From Tubiluchus corallicola (lineage: Eukaryota > Animalia > Priapulida), in the NCBI GenBank assembly GCA_030141605.1, contig JAQGDQ010000308.1, forward strand, positions 186,001-250,000: a stretch of 64,000 nt of DNA, read 5' to 3'. Shown here piece by piece: positions 50,401-63,975 of this stretch. The translations under genes were made by a program, and so were the position numbers. The stretch's first letter is position 1; every line of letters begins with the position of its first letter. Under the pieces are notes generated by a model that was given only the letters and a program-made list of their open reading frames with translations, had not been told where the DNA came from and ran no database searches.

Positions 50401-50939
50401 TGACATTCTCATCCTGACAAAAACCCTCTTTCAATGAATGCCTGGGTATTTCGTAGGGCAGCTAAAGGACTCCATACAATTACATATCAATACCGCATAT
50501 ACTATAAACCTTTTTGGAGATACAATATAAGTTTACGAACATGACTAAAATGACTGAGAAGAGCAAAAAACATCACAACCTGTAAGAAGTCTTATTTTGG
50601 AGTTTTTATAAGTACCGTGTCTTTTAAAAACAAAATCCAATGATTTATTGTACAAATACTACCAAGACAAAATTGCACTGGTTCAAATTTTCATATTGTA
50701 AGATGTGTACACAATTTTTTTCAATGTTTAGAAAACATAATCTTTTATATTAGCATTGTAATTGAACTGCTGTATAAGTTCAACATCAAAGAAGCCTGCA
50801 TAATAATAAACGCGGGTAAAAAATTAAACCTGCACTTGGGTAATGCCTAATAAAGACACACAGGCATAATTTTTAATAAAATGAAGAAACTTTCACAGAA
50901 TTTTTTAAAATTTGACAAAATTCTTTAATTCACCTTTGC

Positions 50940-51823
50940 AGCTACCCCCATTATTATGACTATTAATATGGCTTTAATTTTGGTAGCCATTGTGTAAGGA
51001 ACCCAAAACCCCTTTTCGATGAAAAGTTAAGAGAGTGAGAGAAATCGCCAGTGCCCTACTTGAGCTTGCCCAGGTACGACACTGGCAACTGGTTTTCCGC
51101 AAATTTAGTGCATGTTTTAGCACAAGTGTTCTACTTCGGCTAGTGGCGTACTCCGCACCTACATGCCATTTTCTTTACCTATAATTGGGGTACAGGGTCA
51201 GTCTTAAGCCAATTAGACAGATTTGTTGAAAATGGGCCCGCAGCAAGAAAGCGTACCAAACTGTGCATAGTTTGTTTCAGTACCATTAAACCTCAAGCTC
51301 TGCTTGAATACCTGGCAACAAACAACTGATTCATAGCATTTCCTAATGTTTTTATTGTTTGAGGATTTTCTAAAAAATGTCCATAATAGTCGTATCAGGT
51401 GAAAGAGGTTTTTCAAAACTAAAACTGATTGAAACATACCCACGGTCAACAATTTCACAAGAGAGACTAAATAACTTGACAATGTTATCTGCAGAAAACG
51501 ACATTAGAAAAACCATTGACTTTGAAATGATTTTGAAAGATTTTTTGGACAAAAAAGCCAGTAAAGACTGTTTTTAGAAAGCTATGCACAAACAGTAAAT
51601 CAGTTTGTGTACAGGCTTGTAATAAAACATTAAAACTTCCATATGACCTTTCAATTTTTAGTCAATCATTGTAGCTAATAGTGAAGCCTCAAGTCCTCAA
51701 TGCTTTTTTGATGAGATTGGCATACAACAAGAAGCATAAAACATTAATCTTCAGCTTTTGTAGGATAGAAAGCCCCACTTAATGATTTTCTAATTGGGAC
51801 TGCATTTCCAAGTGACGGCCCCT
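50940..51823 (+). mobile_element. hAT transposon remnant (ZMYM1-like C-terminal dimerisation domain)
   Basis: 51377-51577 encodes SGERGFSKLKLIETYPRSTISQERLNNLTMLSAENDIRKTIDFEMILKDF. The right end GACGGCCCCT resembles a hAT TIR. Left boundary approximate. Confidence 0.75.
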
Positions 51824-52278
51824 CTCGGGGTCATAAACACCCTGCTGCCCTTAAACCAGGCATTATTTCAATTTTATTAGATGTCTTTTAACATGATAGT
51901 GGGTAGAACATTATCATCGTTCTTTTTATTCATCATCAGATTCAAGTTTGTGTCTAACGTGTGATTTACAATACACTTCATTAGAAATTTTGTATAGTCT
52001 CACTCTAGAATTTCATAAAAAGCAAAAATTTAATCACATTTTAAAGCGATGGTGTCAAGCTGTAGTCATCAGTAACAAAAACCTTAGCATCATTGTTTAT
52101 ATCAACACCTTTCACTGAGAGCATTTTATCCAACAAATCAAGCTCTTCATTCACAGCTACTACCTACTACACAAGACACATGATATCATGGACAAAATGA
52201 TCAACGTTAACTCAACTACACACATACCTACAAAAAATATCACTCCTGCTAACAAGCTATAAGCACTGGCCATAACAA

Positions 52279-52374
52279 TAACAGCATTAATGCCATAATT
52301 TGTACATCAATAACAGCAGTAGTACCATAATTATGTACATCAGTAACAGCATTAGTACCATAATTATGTACATC
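52279..52374. repeat. 3 x ~33-bp minisatellite in the NECAP 3' UTR
   Basis: TAACAGCA(T/G)TA(G/A)T(A/G)CCATAATT(A)TGTACATCA units starting at 52279, 52311 and 52344. Confidence 0.85.
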
Positions 52375-52515
52375 TTATATCTACAGTTTAGCATTTAACA
52401 ACATCAAGAACTGTTTGAAATAACACTTTCATGTTCACAGATTCATATAATAACAACACATGATATATACATCTTCGCTATAGAATATTAGAAGTTAACT
52501 CACGCATCCATGTTT

Positions 52516-55500
52516 TTAAAATCCCATCCAGGTATGGTTGGTTGAAGCCTGAGCGTTTGCCGATGTTGGTTGAGAAGTGCTGCAAAAATTGAAAAAAAAC
52601 ACGTTAAATATGTGAAAACAATGGTTGCAGCACTTTTTTGGAAACCAAACTGAAATGTCTAAGACTATAATGCATTGAATTTCTGAGCAAAAATTTGTTT
52701 GCTAAAAAATAATATTGCTAGTGCAGTCGTTGAACATGCTTAGACCATGTTTAGCAAAGTAAATCAAAGCATGTTCAACTTAAAGCAAGCATTGTCACAT
52801 AGCTTGAGAATTGCAGTTTTATTAAGCCAATACGTGATGGTTAAGGTCGTGATGACGAGAAACCCTAAGATCCTTTTTTAAGGTAATTTCTGCTAGTACG
52901 TTGTACAAAGGACCCCCAATATGCAGCCACCAAATGAGTTTTTTTGTAGAATTAGCATCATGTGTCACTGTTACAATTACAATAAATTACAAGTACTGTA
53001 AATAGGACATTAATGACTCTTTGGTAGTGATACAATGTTGTTAGTGCAGCAATACCCACAAGTCTTGTGCTTTGGCTATAAGAAACAAAATGCAAAGCTT
53101 CGGTGATTGTGATACATCGTAATTCTGAGGTAGACTGATTTCCCAGAAAAGTTTTTTGCCAGACAAAATTTTTCCCCCGACATAAAAACTTCACAGAAAA
53201 AAATTACCAGAAAATTTTTTCCCTAGAACACTTATTTCCCAAAAAATCTTTTTCCCAGAACTACCATTTCCCAGAAAATAAAATTCACAGAAAATGTAAT
53301 AAATCCTTTTTAAAGAGCAGTTAGATGAAAAGTAGTTTATTTTAACTACATGTATTGGTTAATACCGACTGTATGATAAAAAAATTTTGCCAACTCGTTA
53401 AGGCAAAAAGTAGATTTGTAACGTCAGAACGATTATAGCGCATCACGTTGATCTTTGCATACACACAATAGTGAGTAATCACGGCATGCGATTGGCTACC
53501 GAAGTAAAGCAATGTTGAGCCTGGCAACTGATTAGTTGGGTGACTGCTTAGGAATCTCACTTTGGGAAGTTCATTTCACTGCTATGCCAAATTATTTCGC
53601 TGATTTAGGAAGGATGTACAAGCATCTGACTGTGACTGTGAAAATATTGAAAAGAAAGATTTGCAATATGCCGGAAAATAGGGAGGGATAGGGAGGAGAG
53701 AGGAAGAGAGGGAAAGGATGACAGAGGATGCAGAAGGAAGGAGGAAGAGGCAAACAGAAAAAGCAGAAGGCTTTATCATACTAAAATATAAGATCTTGCA
53801 ACTAAAAATGCAACCATGATTTTTCTGTTAAAAAATATTTTTGGGAAATGTTTTTTCTGTAAGAGTTTTCTAGGAAAAATATTTTCTGGGAAAAAAATTT
53901 CTGGCAAACTTTTTTCTGGGAAGTTGTCTTTTGGGGGAAAAGTTTTTTCTCTGAAAAAAGTTTTCTGGGAAATGTACCCAAACCCATAATTTTATATGCG
54001 AGTCAAAGGCTACCGTTTTGTAATAAATATAAAGTTATTTTCAATGACTGAAAAGGAGTTAAACCATGTCTCATAATCACACTCAGTAAACAGGAGTAAA
54101 GAAACAGAAGCTTTCATGTGAAAAAATATAAAGCTTTTATGTTTTTGATGTGCACTTCATTACTTTCAAGCTTTCCAGGTTTGTGATTCTCTATCTAAAT
54201 CGAAAAAAATATCCACATAATCTACAGGCCTGTAGCCTGTAAATAAAAATTATAATAAAGCCCTAAAGAACAGTAAAAGCCTCTTAAAATAAATAAAACA
54301 TTCTGCCACCAAAGAAAACTGCAAAGATTGCAATTCCAAAAATACTAAAACAAAGGAAGACCAAATAAACCTGCAAAAACTGCAATTCCAAAAATGTGAA
54401 AACAAAGGCAGATGTCTAGTCATGGTTTACTGCGACAGTTGGATTTAAGTCAATCTGAGTGTCAGAGAAGCGAGGGCCAGAGCGTTGTAGAGCCTCTCCA
54501 TGCATACCAGTGAATTGCATATTTTCAATGAAGATAAAGGTAAAATAAAGGAGCAAACCTTGATAATCTAATTTTTTACATAGTTTTTGTGCAATTATAA
54601 ATTTTTCTTCTGAAATTTTGTATTACTTAGCTGTTTTAAATCATCATTTCAGTAGGCCTACTAGCTTTTCGTATTTTTTCTGTATAGCGTTCACAGTTCA
54701 GTATATATATATATGGCTTTTATGCTATACTTAGTTTAAAATAAACAAACTTACACTAAAATTTATAGCAAAATAACATTTTTTGTGTGAAAATGTTGAA
54801 TCACAAACATTTTTACTACAAAGATTAGAAAATATAAATACAAATAACTTATAATTATCTTTGTTGAGGCACTTGAAGTTATAAATTTGTCATGCTTTTT
54901 TTGCAGTCCACCTCTCAAGGAAACAAAATATTCAGCACTAGATTACTAGGAGCATGTGTCACACGCACTAATAAAATATTGCTGTAGGTTAAAATATTCT
55001 CTATTTTAATGGAATGGAACAGCAAGTAATTACTGCCGCCGAGGATGTGCAAGAAGAATTTAATGTTTTAAAAGATTTGTTGCAATGTGTACATTTGCCA
55101 AGTCACTTAAAGCTGAACGAGCCACGCTAGGGAATACAACGCACTGATCAGCCTATGTTAAACTGCTTAACTCATTCTGTCAGGTATGTAGAGACAGCTG
55201 TTGTTCATTTACAGTAGGCGCCGCTTAATAGACTCTCGGTTAATATACTCAGTCACTTAATTGACTCAGAAACCCCTGGTACAACGTAACATGAAGAAAT
55301 TTTGGTCTAAGAACTTCAAACAAAATATGTAAATTGTTTAAACCCTACAGAGACGCTTTTAAGCAATTAAAATTGTTAAGAAGCAGCCAAGCGATTACTG
55401 GATATAACCTCACTGTTCAATCACCAAATATAAATTAATGCAAAAGAGTATTAGATTATTATAAAGAAACCAACACTTTTGTAGGTTAATTGAAATTAAA

Positions 55501-58500
55501 GCTGCGTTCACATCATAAAATTTGAATGCTGTAAATGACAATGAAATTTGTTGTATGATAGCAAAATAAAGCTTTAATACACTGACAAAATAGTTTTCAA
55601 ATCAGTATTACAATTTATAAGCAATATATAGGGTGTGTACAAAGTAAAGCCCCACTCCCAAGGTATTGATGGGATAGTAAGAAGGCAAGTTAGTGGGAGG
55701 CGCTACTAGCAAGTTCCAAGCTTCACTTCAATCTAGTTAATGACCGGCGTGTGGCAAACAGTTAATGTTCCTCCAGATATAAGAAAATGCAGTAATGATA
55801 CGTCTTACTGGCAATTTCGGTTCTGCACAGAATAAATCTGGCTCTGCATACATCAACACTAGGGCAAATGACAGTCTGTTCCATACCAAAATACGGCTTT
55901 GCACCTCAGATTGACGTATATAGGATAGTTGACTTTGACAATGGGTCTAATCTACCAACATCACCAGCTATAGCTACACCAAGCTAACCATTGTCGGTTC
56001 CAAAATTACTTTCATGTTGTTGCCTACACTGCTTTTTATCGACATGGCTGCTTTAACACCCCAAACGTAAGCAGCTCTCCACCCGAACTAACTTTTCTAG
56101 GTCACCTGTACTGGCTTCCACTCACTATACATGTACACTGTCAAGGCGTATCTGTATGGCATATCTAAAATTACATCTCAATGCAGATGTGCGAAACAAG
56201 TGAAGTTTATCCGAGGATACACACATTTTGGTGTCATCATATTGAAAACAACTAACCTGAGAAAAACTTTAAAATTCCCAATCATTGAAGCACACAAAGA
56301 ATATTTTACTCTGCTTTTTATATTTAAATACATTAACAACATCAGCAAACCATTCCAGAATAACAGATTTACCTTTTTTCAAAATCCTATCGTTAATTCC
56401 AGAACAAGCAATCTAAAACAAATTAGGACAAATACCCACTATGGAACGAACTCTGTAATCAAACAAGCAATTTTACTTTGGAATTCTCTACCATTACAGG
56501 TTAAACAAATCAAGTCCCTATCAGCATTTAAAACAAAATTAAAATCACTAATATTAACCAGATATGAAATACCATCACACCAGTACGACAACATACACAC
56601 TAATTCAGAATTCATATACCCACGGCCATATTAATTAAATCATAGTTTTTTTGTTTTTTTTGTGTATGGTTGTAAATATGTTTGATTTTATTCGTCATTA
56701 CTGCACAGTAGTTTAGATTGCACTGACGCATTTCCCTTCAGCAGTGTAAGTTTTTATTAACTAACACTGATTGATTATCTCTGTAAAGTTTTTATCAGTG
56801 ATTATCAATGTTTTAATGGCAAATAAAGATTATTATATATATATATATATATATATGGAGAAACAATCATGTTAAGTACGTTTTGTTTGTAAACAGGTAC
56901 GTTTATCATACCCTAATACACTAGTGCAGCGGTTTTGCTTTAAATATGTTACCCGCTGGTCCACTGCAATTAACCTCATTACCCAAGAATTTCTGGAACT
57001 AAACATTTAATCACTTGTCTAGCCGTTTCCCTTTGAAGCTTTCGTTGCAAATCATGCTTTCACGCTTAATCAGTTAACAGCCAAAGATGCAGATATAGTA
57101 ATCAGCCAGTATTCCTTGTGACTTACAAGAGCAATTGTGACATACAGGAAATAACAGAGAAGTTTGAAAAATAAGGCATAAGTGTAAAGATCTAAAAGTT
57201 AAGGAGATACTGAAAATTTTAAAGCAGTACGATAAACTTCCAAAGATGGGACGCAGATGCGCAGCAGCGCAGTTGAAAATTCCCCAAAGTACTCTTGCCA
57301 GGATTTTGAAAAGCGATCTGAAATTGAGCAGTCAGCAAGCCAAAATGAGAATCACTTATATAAATTAACATTTTAAAATCTTTTTTAAAAGGTTTTAACT
57401 GCACAAAAGTATTTAGGCATTACTTCGTTTCTAAAATTCATTAAAAACTTTTGCAGCTCATATTTCTATACCCGTAATACAACACCCATCGGTTACTAGG
57501 TTCAGTCGGTTAATTGGGTCAAAACACTTCGGTCCCAAAGTGAGTCTATTAAGCAGCGACTACTATATTACGAACGTTAAATCTCAGCAAAAACTCAATA
57601 ATAGGAAAAGAATTAGAACAATTACTAGAACTAGAACAGTTGCTAATAGAGGTTGCACATCTGAGATATTTACAGAACAATTATGCTTCCTTAGTTGTGC
57701 AATGTCAGTTTGCTAAATCTACAACACACTTGCATTCTCTTCAGCGAAATACATCAGGCTTAAATCCAGAAGCTCTAGAAAATTTAAGGGCTGCTACCCA
57801 AATTACAAGTGCAACGAAGTATTTAACAGACAGTGAGAGGATATCCCAGGTTTAACTTTCCATGAGGCAGATTTAATTCAGGTTACAGGGACGTTTTTCT
57901 TAAGATCGCTGTCGTGGCTTTTTTAGCAGACTAATCCCATTTAATAGGCTGCCAGGTCAAGGTGAACAAACCAGCCAGGCTCATGTGTATGTGTACATCT
58001 GCTATATGACAAAAACTCTGGACATTCACTTATAAGCGTATCGTAGTTGCATGCTGTATAATGTGCATAAAAAATTACCTACTTGGCCCAGCTGCTCTAA
58101 ATATTGAGACTGATTAATGTTTATATGTTATTTTGAAATTGTTGTGGTGATTGTGCAACTAGACACTATTGTACTTGTTAAAATTTTCTCAAGATTGCTG
58201 ATGCAGTGTTTATTTACTTGTTTGTAAACTGCAATGTTAACTGCTATTTGTTGCGTTTATTTGCTGTTTTGTTTACACTTAATCCTGCAGGCCCAATTTT
58301 TTTACCTATGTTTTCAGCTGATTCGCTCTCTCAAAATGGAAAGCAGGAGAATAACATAGCAAATTTGCTTATTTTAAATTGGATCAACCCATTGAAGTAT
58401 TACCCAATAATTTTTGTTTTAAAAAATGTCGAACTTTCTGAAAATAACAAGATGTTTGTTGATAAGTAAATTCAAGAATTATTAAAAACTGGTGCTCTAA

Positions 58501-60044
58501 AGCCTTATAAAACCAATGAACAACCACGACGTGTGACACCAATGTGGTCCTTAAGAAAAGAGATAAACTGCAATTAATTGTTGATCTCATATCTTTGAAT
58601 GAGCATTGTAAACTGCCATCGTTCCAATGTGAAGACATTAATGCATGTTTACATAGGTAGCACATGTTAGACTCGGGTACTCTATTCTGTATACCCATCG
58701 GGTATTCGGAAACCCAACTGTTAAGATTCAACAGCAAAAAGTAATCATTTACATTCACAAATAAAAACAACCACTGGGGCATTTAAACTAACTGCACTGT
58801 TATGTTAACAACAAGCATTCATTTATTACACCCAAAAGCCTGAAGACACGAGCTGTAAGTTAGGGTTGGTGTTTTCCCCACACAAGGCATTTGACTGAGT
58901 TTTTATCTGTCAGACCCTAATTACTTCATTGCAGTCAATGAGTCAGCTACATCAGCCTAATTAGTATTGCGCTGAGCACTATTAATACAGCGTAGGAATT
59001 ATGGGAGTAAAATAATCTATATTACACTTTTTGTGTGTTGTTGAACTTAACAATCTGTTTCTTCATACCTTTGTTAGTGGCCTGAAATACTTCCTTAAAT
59101 GTCAATAAACAACTTTATTTGGATAGTTAACCTTCAGGTAAAGAAATTATAGTTTGTCTTTTGTAGGTCACCCCTACAGCAAAATCTGCCAACTGACAGA
59201 GATAACAAAGATAATTGCTGCTGGTTTGCAAATGCTTTAGTATAGTAGTTCAAATAATAATGAGTAATAATTTACTAGTGATCAACTCTAATGTGTTTGA
59301 GTGTAGGCTGGCATTGTGCTGCTAGAGAGTTCTTTTTAATAATGTGTTTCAATACTTTAAACATGTCACAGTATTAACACATATTGCTTTTTTCCTGAAG
59401 CTATTCTTTGCACCTGCAAGTTAGCAGAGCTGCTAACTAGAATGAGTTAGGAATGCAAAATATCTGTCATAAAGATGCCCTGGCGAGCTGCCAGTGAGGC
59501 AGAAAGTGGCATTTAAATTTTAAATTATTAAACAATTGATATCACATTAACAATAATGTCAGCATTTTCATTGTTAGAATTTGGTAGAATTATCGGACTC
59601 GTGTGATAAGTAATGATAGGTAATTACTCGTGTACTCAGGTAACGACGGAGACATTATCTTGTTTACACGTAAAACTCAAAACAGCATAATAATGAAATA
59701 ACAAAATAATAAAATAACTCAATAAGCAGCAACTCATCTAAGTTTGCAAACTTATGATACAAAAATCACTGCACTCTAAACCAAGCCATTGTAAACTAAA
59801 AAAGAACTGCTTTTTAATGAACTCCCACTAACATTGTTCATATGTTTACACAATTACCTTGACTCAAATGAAGTAAGATCACCGAATGGGTCCACTGTTG
59901 CTGGTGCTTGCGATGATACTGCTGTAGGCTGAACTGGAATATTTGAAGACATGTCTAAATCTAACAGAGAGTCGACGTAGCTTGATGTTTGCTGTGCACT
60001 TGTGCTACTAGGAACAGCAGGTTGTACAACAGGAGAACGTCTTC
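52516..60044 (-). CDS. NECAP1: NECAP (adaptin ear-binding coat-associated protein), last two coding exons 60044-59858 and 52579-52516; upstream exons probably lie beyond the window
   Basis: Spliced frame reads ...DSLLDLDMSS...VDPFGDLTSFES|STSQPTSANAQASTNHTWMGF*. It shows an LLDLD clathrin-box-like motif, an FGDL motif at the WGDF position and a C-terminal WxxF-COOH AP-2 binding motif, as in NECAP1/2 (..WVQF*). The phase-2 junction AG|C is in frame. The PHear domain is not in the window. Confidence 0.75.
53129..53979. mobile_element. MULE/foldback-like MITE with inverted arrays of TTTCCCAGAAAA subrepeats
   Basis: About 10 degenerate tttcccagaaaa units at 53138-53295 and inverse ttttctgggaaa units at 53820-53973. 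GG...CC ends. No clear TSD. Confidence 0.65.
55212..57565 (+). mobile_element. pogo/Tigger element (copy B) with transposase HTH remnant and nested insertions
   Basis: Same TIR family as 43377-44305. 57180-57310 encodes KCKDLKVKEILKILKQYDKLPKMGRRCAAAQLKIPQSTLARILK (CENP-B/psq-type HTH). Confidence 0.82.
56250..56857 (+). mobile_element. LINE 3' end nested in Tigger copy B
   Basis: RTNTHYGTNSVIKQAILLWNSLPLQVKQIKSLSAFKTKLKSLI, then AATAAA and a (TA)n tail. Confidence 0.75.
58325..58650 (+). mobile_element. DIRS/Ngaro-type (tyrosine-recombinase retrotransposon) RT N-terminal relic
   Basis: FVDK*IQELLKTGALKPY..QPRRVTP / NVVLKKRDKLQLIVDLISLNEHCKLPSFQCEDI matches the DIRS pattern 'ELL..GAI...SP..VVPK..GK.RLILDL..LN......FKYEDI'. 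Confidence 0.55.
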
Positions 60045-61341
60045 CTAATTGTAACAAATACATTAAAAATATTATAACAAAAGAAGCAAATACTTTTATA
60101 TAGTAATTAATCTAGCATTTAAAAATACAGCCTTTTTTAACGTAAATTGTTGCAGGCACATGGCAAGACTGGAAGTGGCATCCTAAGATTAGGGATGCAC
60201 ATATATCTTGTTCTTCAATGAAATAAACAGTCAAGGGCAATATAACAGATGAAACTGCCTGTAACCCCAGAAAAATTAGCTAAAAAAACACTTCTAACAC
60301 AAAGCAATTTAATCAAATTCTGATAAATATTAAATAGCTCACACCACTTTTTACAGCAATTCATGCATTGCTGAGGGTCAACGGTTTTTTAGGGATTTCC
60401 AAAATTTAGTCCCAAAATTCCAAATTCCCACTTTTAAGACTTAGACGACTCATTCTTTTCTACTAGGAAATGATGAGACAATGAGAAGTAAATCAAATAT
60501 AGATGTTCCGAGGTTATTGGTAATAAAAATGAACTTAAAATAAACTGTGGTGTTGTACCCTTTCTCAGTCATAGATAACTACAATGTTTACACAGTCAGC
60601 TGAATCTAGACTAATAGTGAGTTTCCAAAATGATGTCACAACAGTCAGTCAGAATGGAAAAATATATTTTGCTATAGTCCCTTAACTCTCCTGTCAAATT
60701 TTTGATGAATTTAAAAATTTAAGTTTTTTAAACATCACGAGACAAGACAAAACTAGCTTTACAAAGTAAAGTAGACACATTGATGCTACTTAGCTCAAAA
60801 TCTTGCATAAACTGTCAACACTGACTATAATATTACAATCAGCTTACAATTACAAAACAAGCTCTACAGTGCAAATGATTCTGGTCTAGTCAAATCATCG
60901 CAATGACAGAATCACACAACATCTCAGTGATGTCAGTTTCACTTTCACGGTCATGAAAAAGCATTTTACGACTGTAGCGAAAACTTTCCAATTTATGTAA
61001 TCTTGTTTCTGGTGCAAAAGGGCAACTTTTTGCCAGCAAAGATAAAATAACCGTCTGTTATAGCATTATAGCAACTAACACCTTGGCTTTACTGTACAAT
61101 ACGCCAAAACCTGGTAAACCTTAGTAAGTCTGGTAATAGCTTATCTAATTTCACAGTTCTTTTAACCAATCTTCTTATCTAGTTGTAGTAACTGATGAAA
61201 TTAAGAATGCAAGCATAGAAAAATTTCACTAGATTAACAAAATTACATTGCTGCATATGATATGATTGGAGCGAGTCGAAACTGGAAATCTACAATGATA
61301 CTAAAACTTTATTAAAAGATTCCGCTTCTTGGAAGACTTAA

Positions 61342-63975
61342 GAACGAGTCCTCGAGAGGACCATGCAGGGGGTGGCACATGAGGGGTGACGAATTTATAT
61401 CATTTTTTTCTAACATGAAGGGCGACCCCCCCAAAACCATGTAACCAAGATATCAAATCGATCGAGCTACTATTGGCAGAGAAATGACCACATCAAGAAA
61501 TTGACCTCAAATGAGGCAAAAAATCGCTATTTTGGGGTGTTATTTTAACTTTTTCTCCTGTATAAACTATTATAGATGGGTCAATGTAAGTTGGCTGGTA
61601 CATAGACCCAGACATTGTCTTCTGATATCCTAACTTTTTTAAATTCGGCTCTTTGTTAAGAGTCCAGGGAGAGGTTAAGTTGCAAGGCTCATAACTCGCC
61701 CACTGCAGGGCTACAGAACTTCTGGTTTTCATGTATGTGTTAACCATCATCCTCACTAATAATATAAAAAAGAAAATTCGCTGGAGCCTGTTTCAGTATT
61801 TAGTACTGGCACTTTAAAATTTCACAAAAATCAGCAAAATTCACCTTTTTTGTAGTTTTTCAATATTTTTTCTATCTATATGTTGGATTATAAGTGGCAA
61901 AATCTGCATTCTAAATTTCATGAAAATGCACGAGCTGAGATAATATCATGACTGCCATATCAACACAATTTTTTACTTTCCATAGTAATTCCGTCCATGT
62001 GTAAAAAGTAGACATACTTGGCTCAGGTCGTGTATGACAGTGGACATTTAGCCATGTTTAACCTGCATTTTCTGTGACTAGTGCTCTCATTTCCCAGTAG
62101 CAATAGATTCCTTTTCAATTTCATCTTCAATTGGTTTAGTTATGTCGGAATTTTCATATGACTACAAATATGATTAACTGCCTCTTCTGATGGATTTCAA
62201 GACAGGACATCATGCATGCCCGTAGTACCGAGTCCGACCCTGATTCAGGGTATTCTCTGATTCTCTACACACTAAATCGCTAATGGATACCAGGACTAAA
62301 CAATAAGCCCTCTATTAGGAAAGAAGTACCGATTGTTAAGATTGAGAGTCACTGCTAGCAAAAGAATCTGACAACATTCGGTATATACATATAAAATAGA
62401 AATCCATTAATTTTTTATACTTTTTATATGAATAAGCTTCATGGCTATACATAGAAGATTATGAATATCAGTACAAAAATGAAAAACTACAAAACTCAAG
62501 TCAGAATTAATTACTCTAAGTCCAAAATACTGTTCCTATTGTAGCAGCATAATCCTATCACTGAAGAGTAGTACAAGTAATCAAAACCATAATATCTAAA
62601 TAATAGAGAAAGAATTATCGATGCAGGTTCCATAGAAGATAGATACAGAAAAATAGACAAATATATCATGGGGAAAGTGATAAAGCGAAGATCTTACAGT
62701 CTGAACATGAGACAATATAAGCGTATGGGCCACTTCTAAGGAGATGGCGGTGATATTTAGCTCAGAAAATTTTTCTTCGCCCAAAATTTATTTGTGGCAT
62801 AAAATCGATACTTCTGACAAAAAATACTAATAGTGTGATTGAATGATTGCGCCAATGGCACAAAAATTTTCGATGTTTTACAGTCAAAAAATCACCGGAC
62901 AAATGATATTTTGTGGGAAGTCTGTCCCATATTTTTTGGGCATTCGCTCAGATTTAGGGCAATTTTCTTTCTGTCCTGGCTTGTACGCCTATGTAAGACA
63001 ATGAATAATAACTAGGTAGTACCCTGTACATAACATTTACAAAGCATAGAAAATAAACAGTACATAAAACATTTTCCAGTCCTTACAAGAAGCAATTTCC
63101 ATTCCGTAGATATTTCATTTGCTTGAAGATGGAAGTGCTCTAAATGTGGTCTAGTGTCTTTAGTACAGGCTAATAGATTCACAATATTTGTTTCGTGTGG
63201 ATAACTAGTCACAATGCCGCATTTAACGCTGGTAAACAGCCCAGAAAACAAACATTTTAGTTCAGCAGTGGCAGTCATCTCTATTCCTGTCGGTAGTTTA
63301 ACCAATGTGCTGGCCAGGCCCCTAGTTGCCAAAGATGAATATTTGTGACGTTTTGAAGTATTTTGACAAGATTTGACAACTCATGTTTACCTACACGAAG
63401 GTTTTTGATGAAGGTTGTTACCTATATTTTCACCCTGATATATGCCTCTTTCAGGGGTCATTTACAATAGGGTGGAAATTCGCTCCATCGAAATTGTCAC
63501 TGCAGCATAGTGGGATGGGATACTCTATTGACATACATATCGATATTTTTGTCCCCGCCCCCGCAGTGGGTGAGATATAAGACTTTGAAATGAATGAGTA
63601 TTTGCATCTTGTGCGTAATGCGAGCTTAAAGACCCCCAGTAGAGCCGAAAGAGGGGGGTTTGGGACAAAAGTCGAAAAGTCATTTTGGAGAAGATAACAA
63701 GATCCAATACTGTACAGAGTCAGATCTATTCAAACTCAGTGATTGCTGCATGGCTAATCCTTCAAATATGAGTAAAAAATAGAGAAAAATAGGTATTTTT
63801 TCATGAAAATCGGCCTATGCCGTACCTCTGCTACTATGAGGAGTTGGGCCAAAAGGATTCACATAGTGAATACTAGTGACTAGTTGTCCTCATAGCCGAA
63901 CTTTGGTCTGAATCGGTTTACCTAACCTTGTGCCGGAATTTTTCGATTTTGCATGGTCTTCTCGCGGACGCGTTC
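61342..63975 (-). mobile_element. 2.63-kb TIR DNA transposon derivative with TTAA TSD (Sola3- or Kolobok-like)
   Basis: TTAA|GAACGAGTCCTCGAGAGGACCATGCA ... TGCATGGTCTTCTCGCGGACGCGTTC|TTAA (23/26 TIR match). Cys/His-rich ORF remnant at 63278-63076 (-). Confidence 0.75.

Noticed and set aside
52279-52374. 33-bp repeats as a CRISPR array
   Set aside because: The units are head-to-tail with no spacers, so this is a minisatellite.
54340-54545. Exon-like or MULE-like segment (KTKGRP..., donor-like AG|GTAAAA)
   Set aside because: Stops in the plausible frames; not needed for the NECAP frame; motif too short to assign.
55620-56240. Possible SINE on the minus strand inside Tigger copy B
   Set aside because: Only a weak resemblance to a SINE core, with no clear A/B boxes. 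Needs a repeat-library search.
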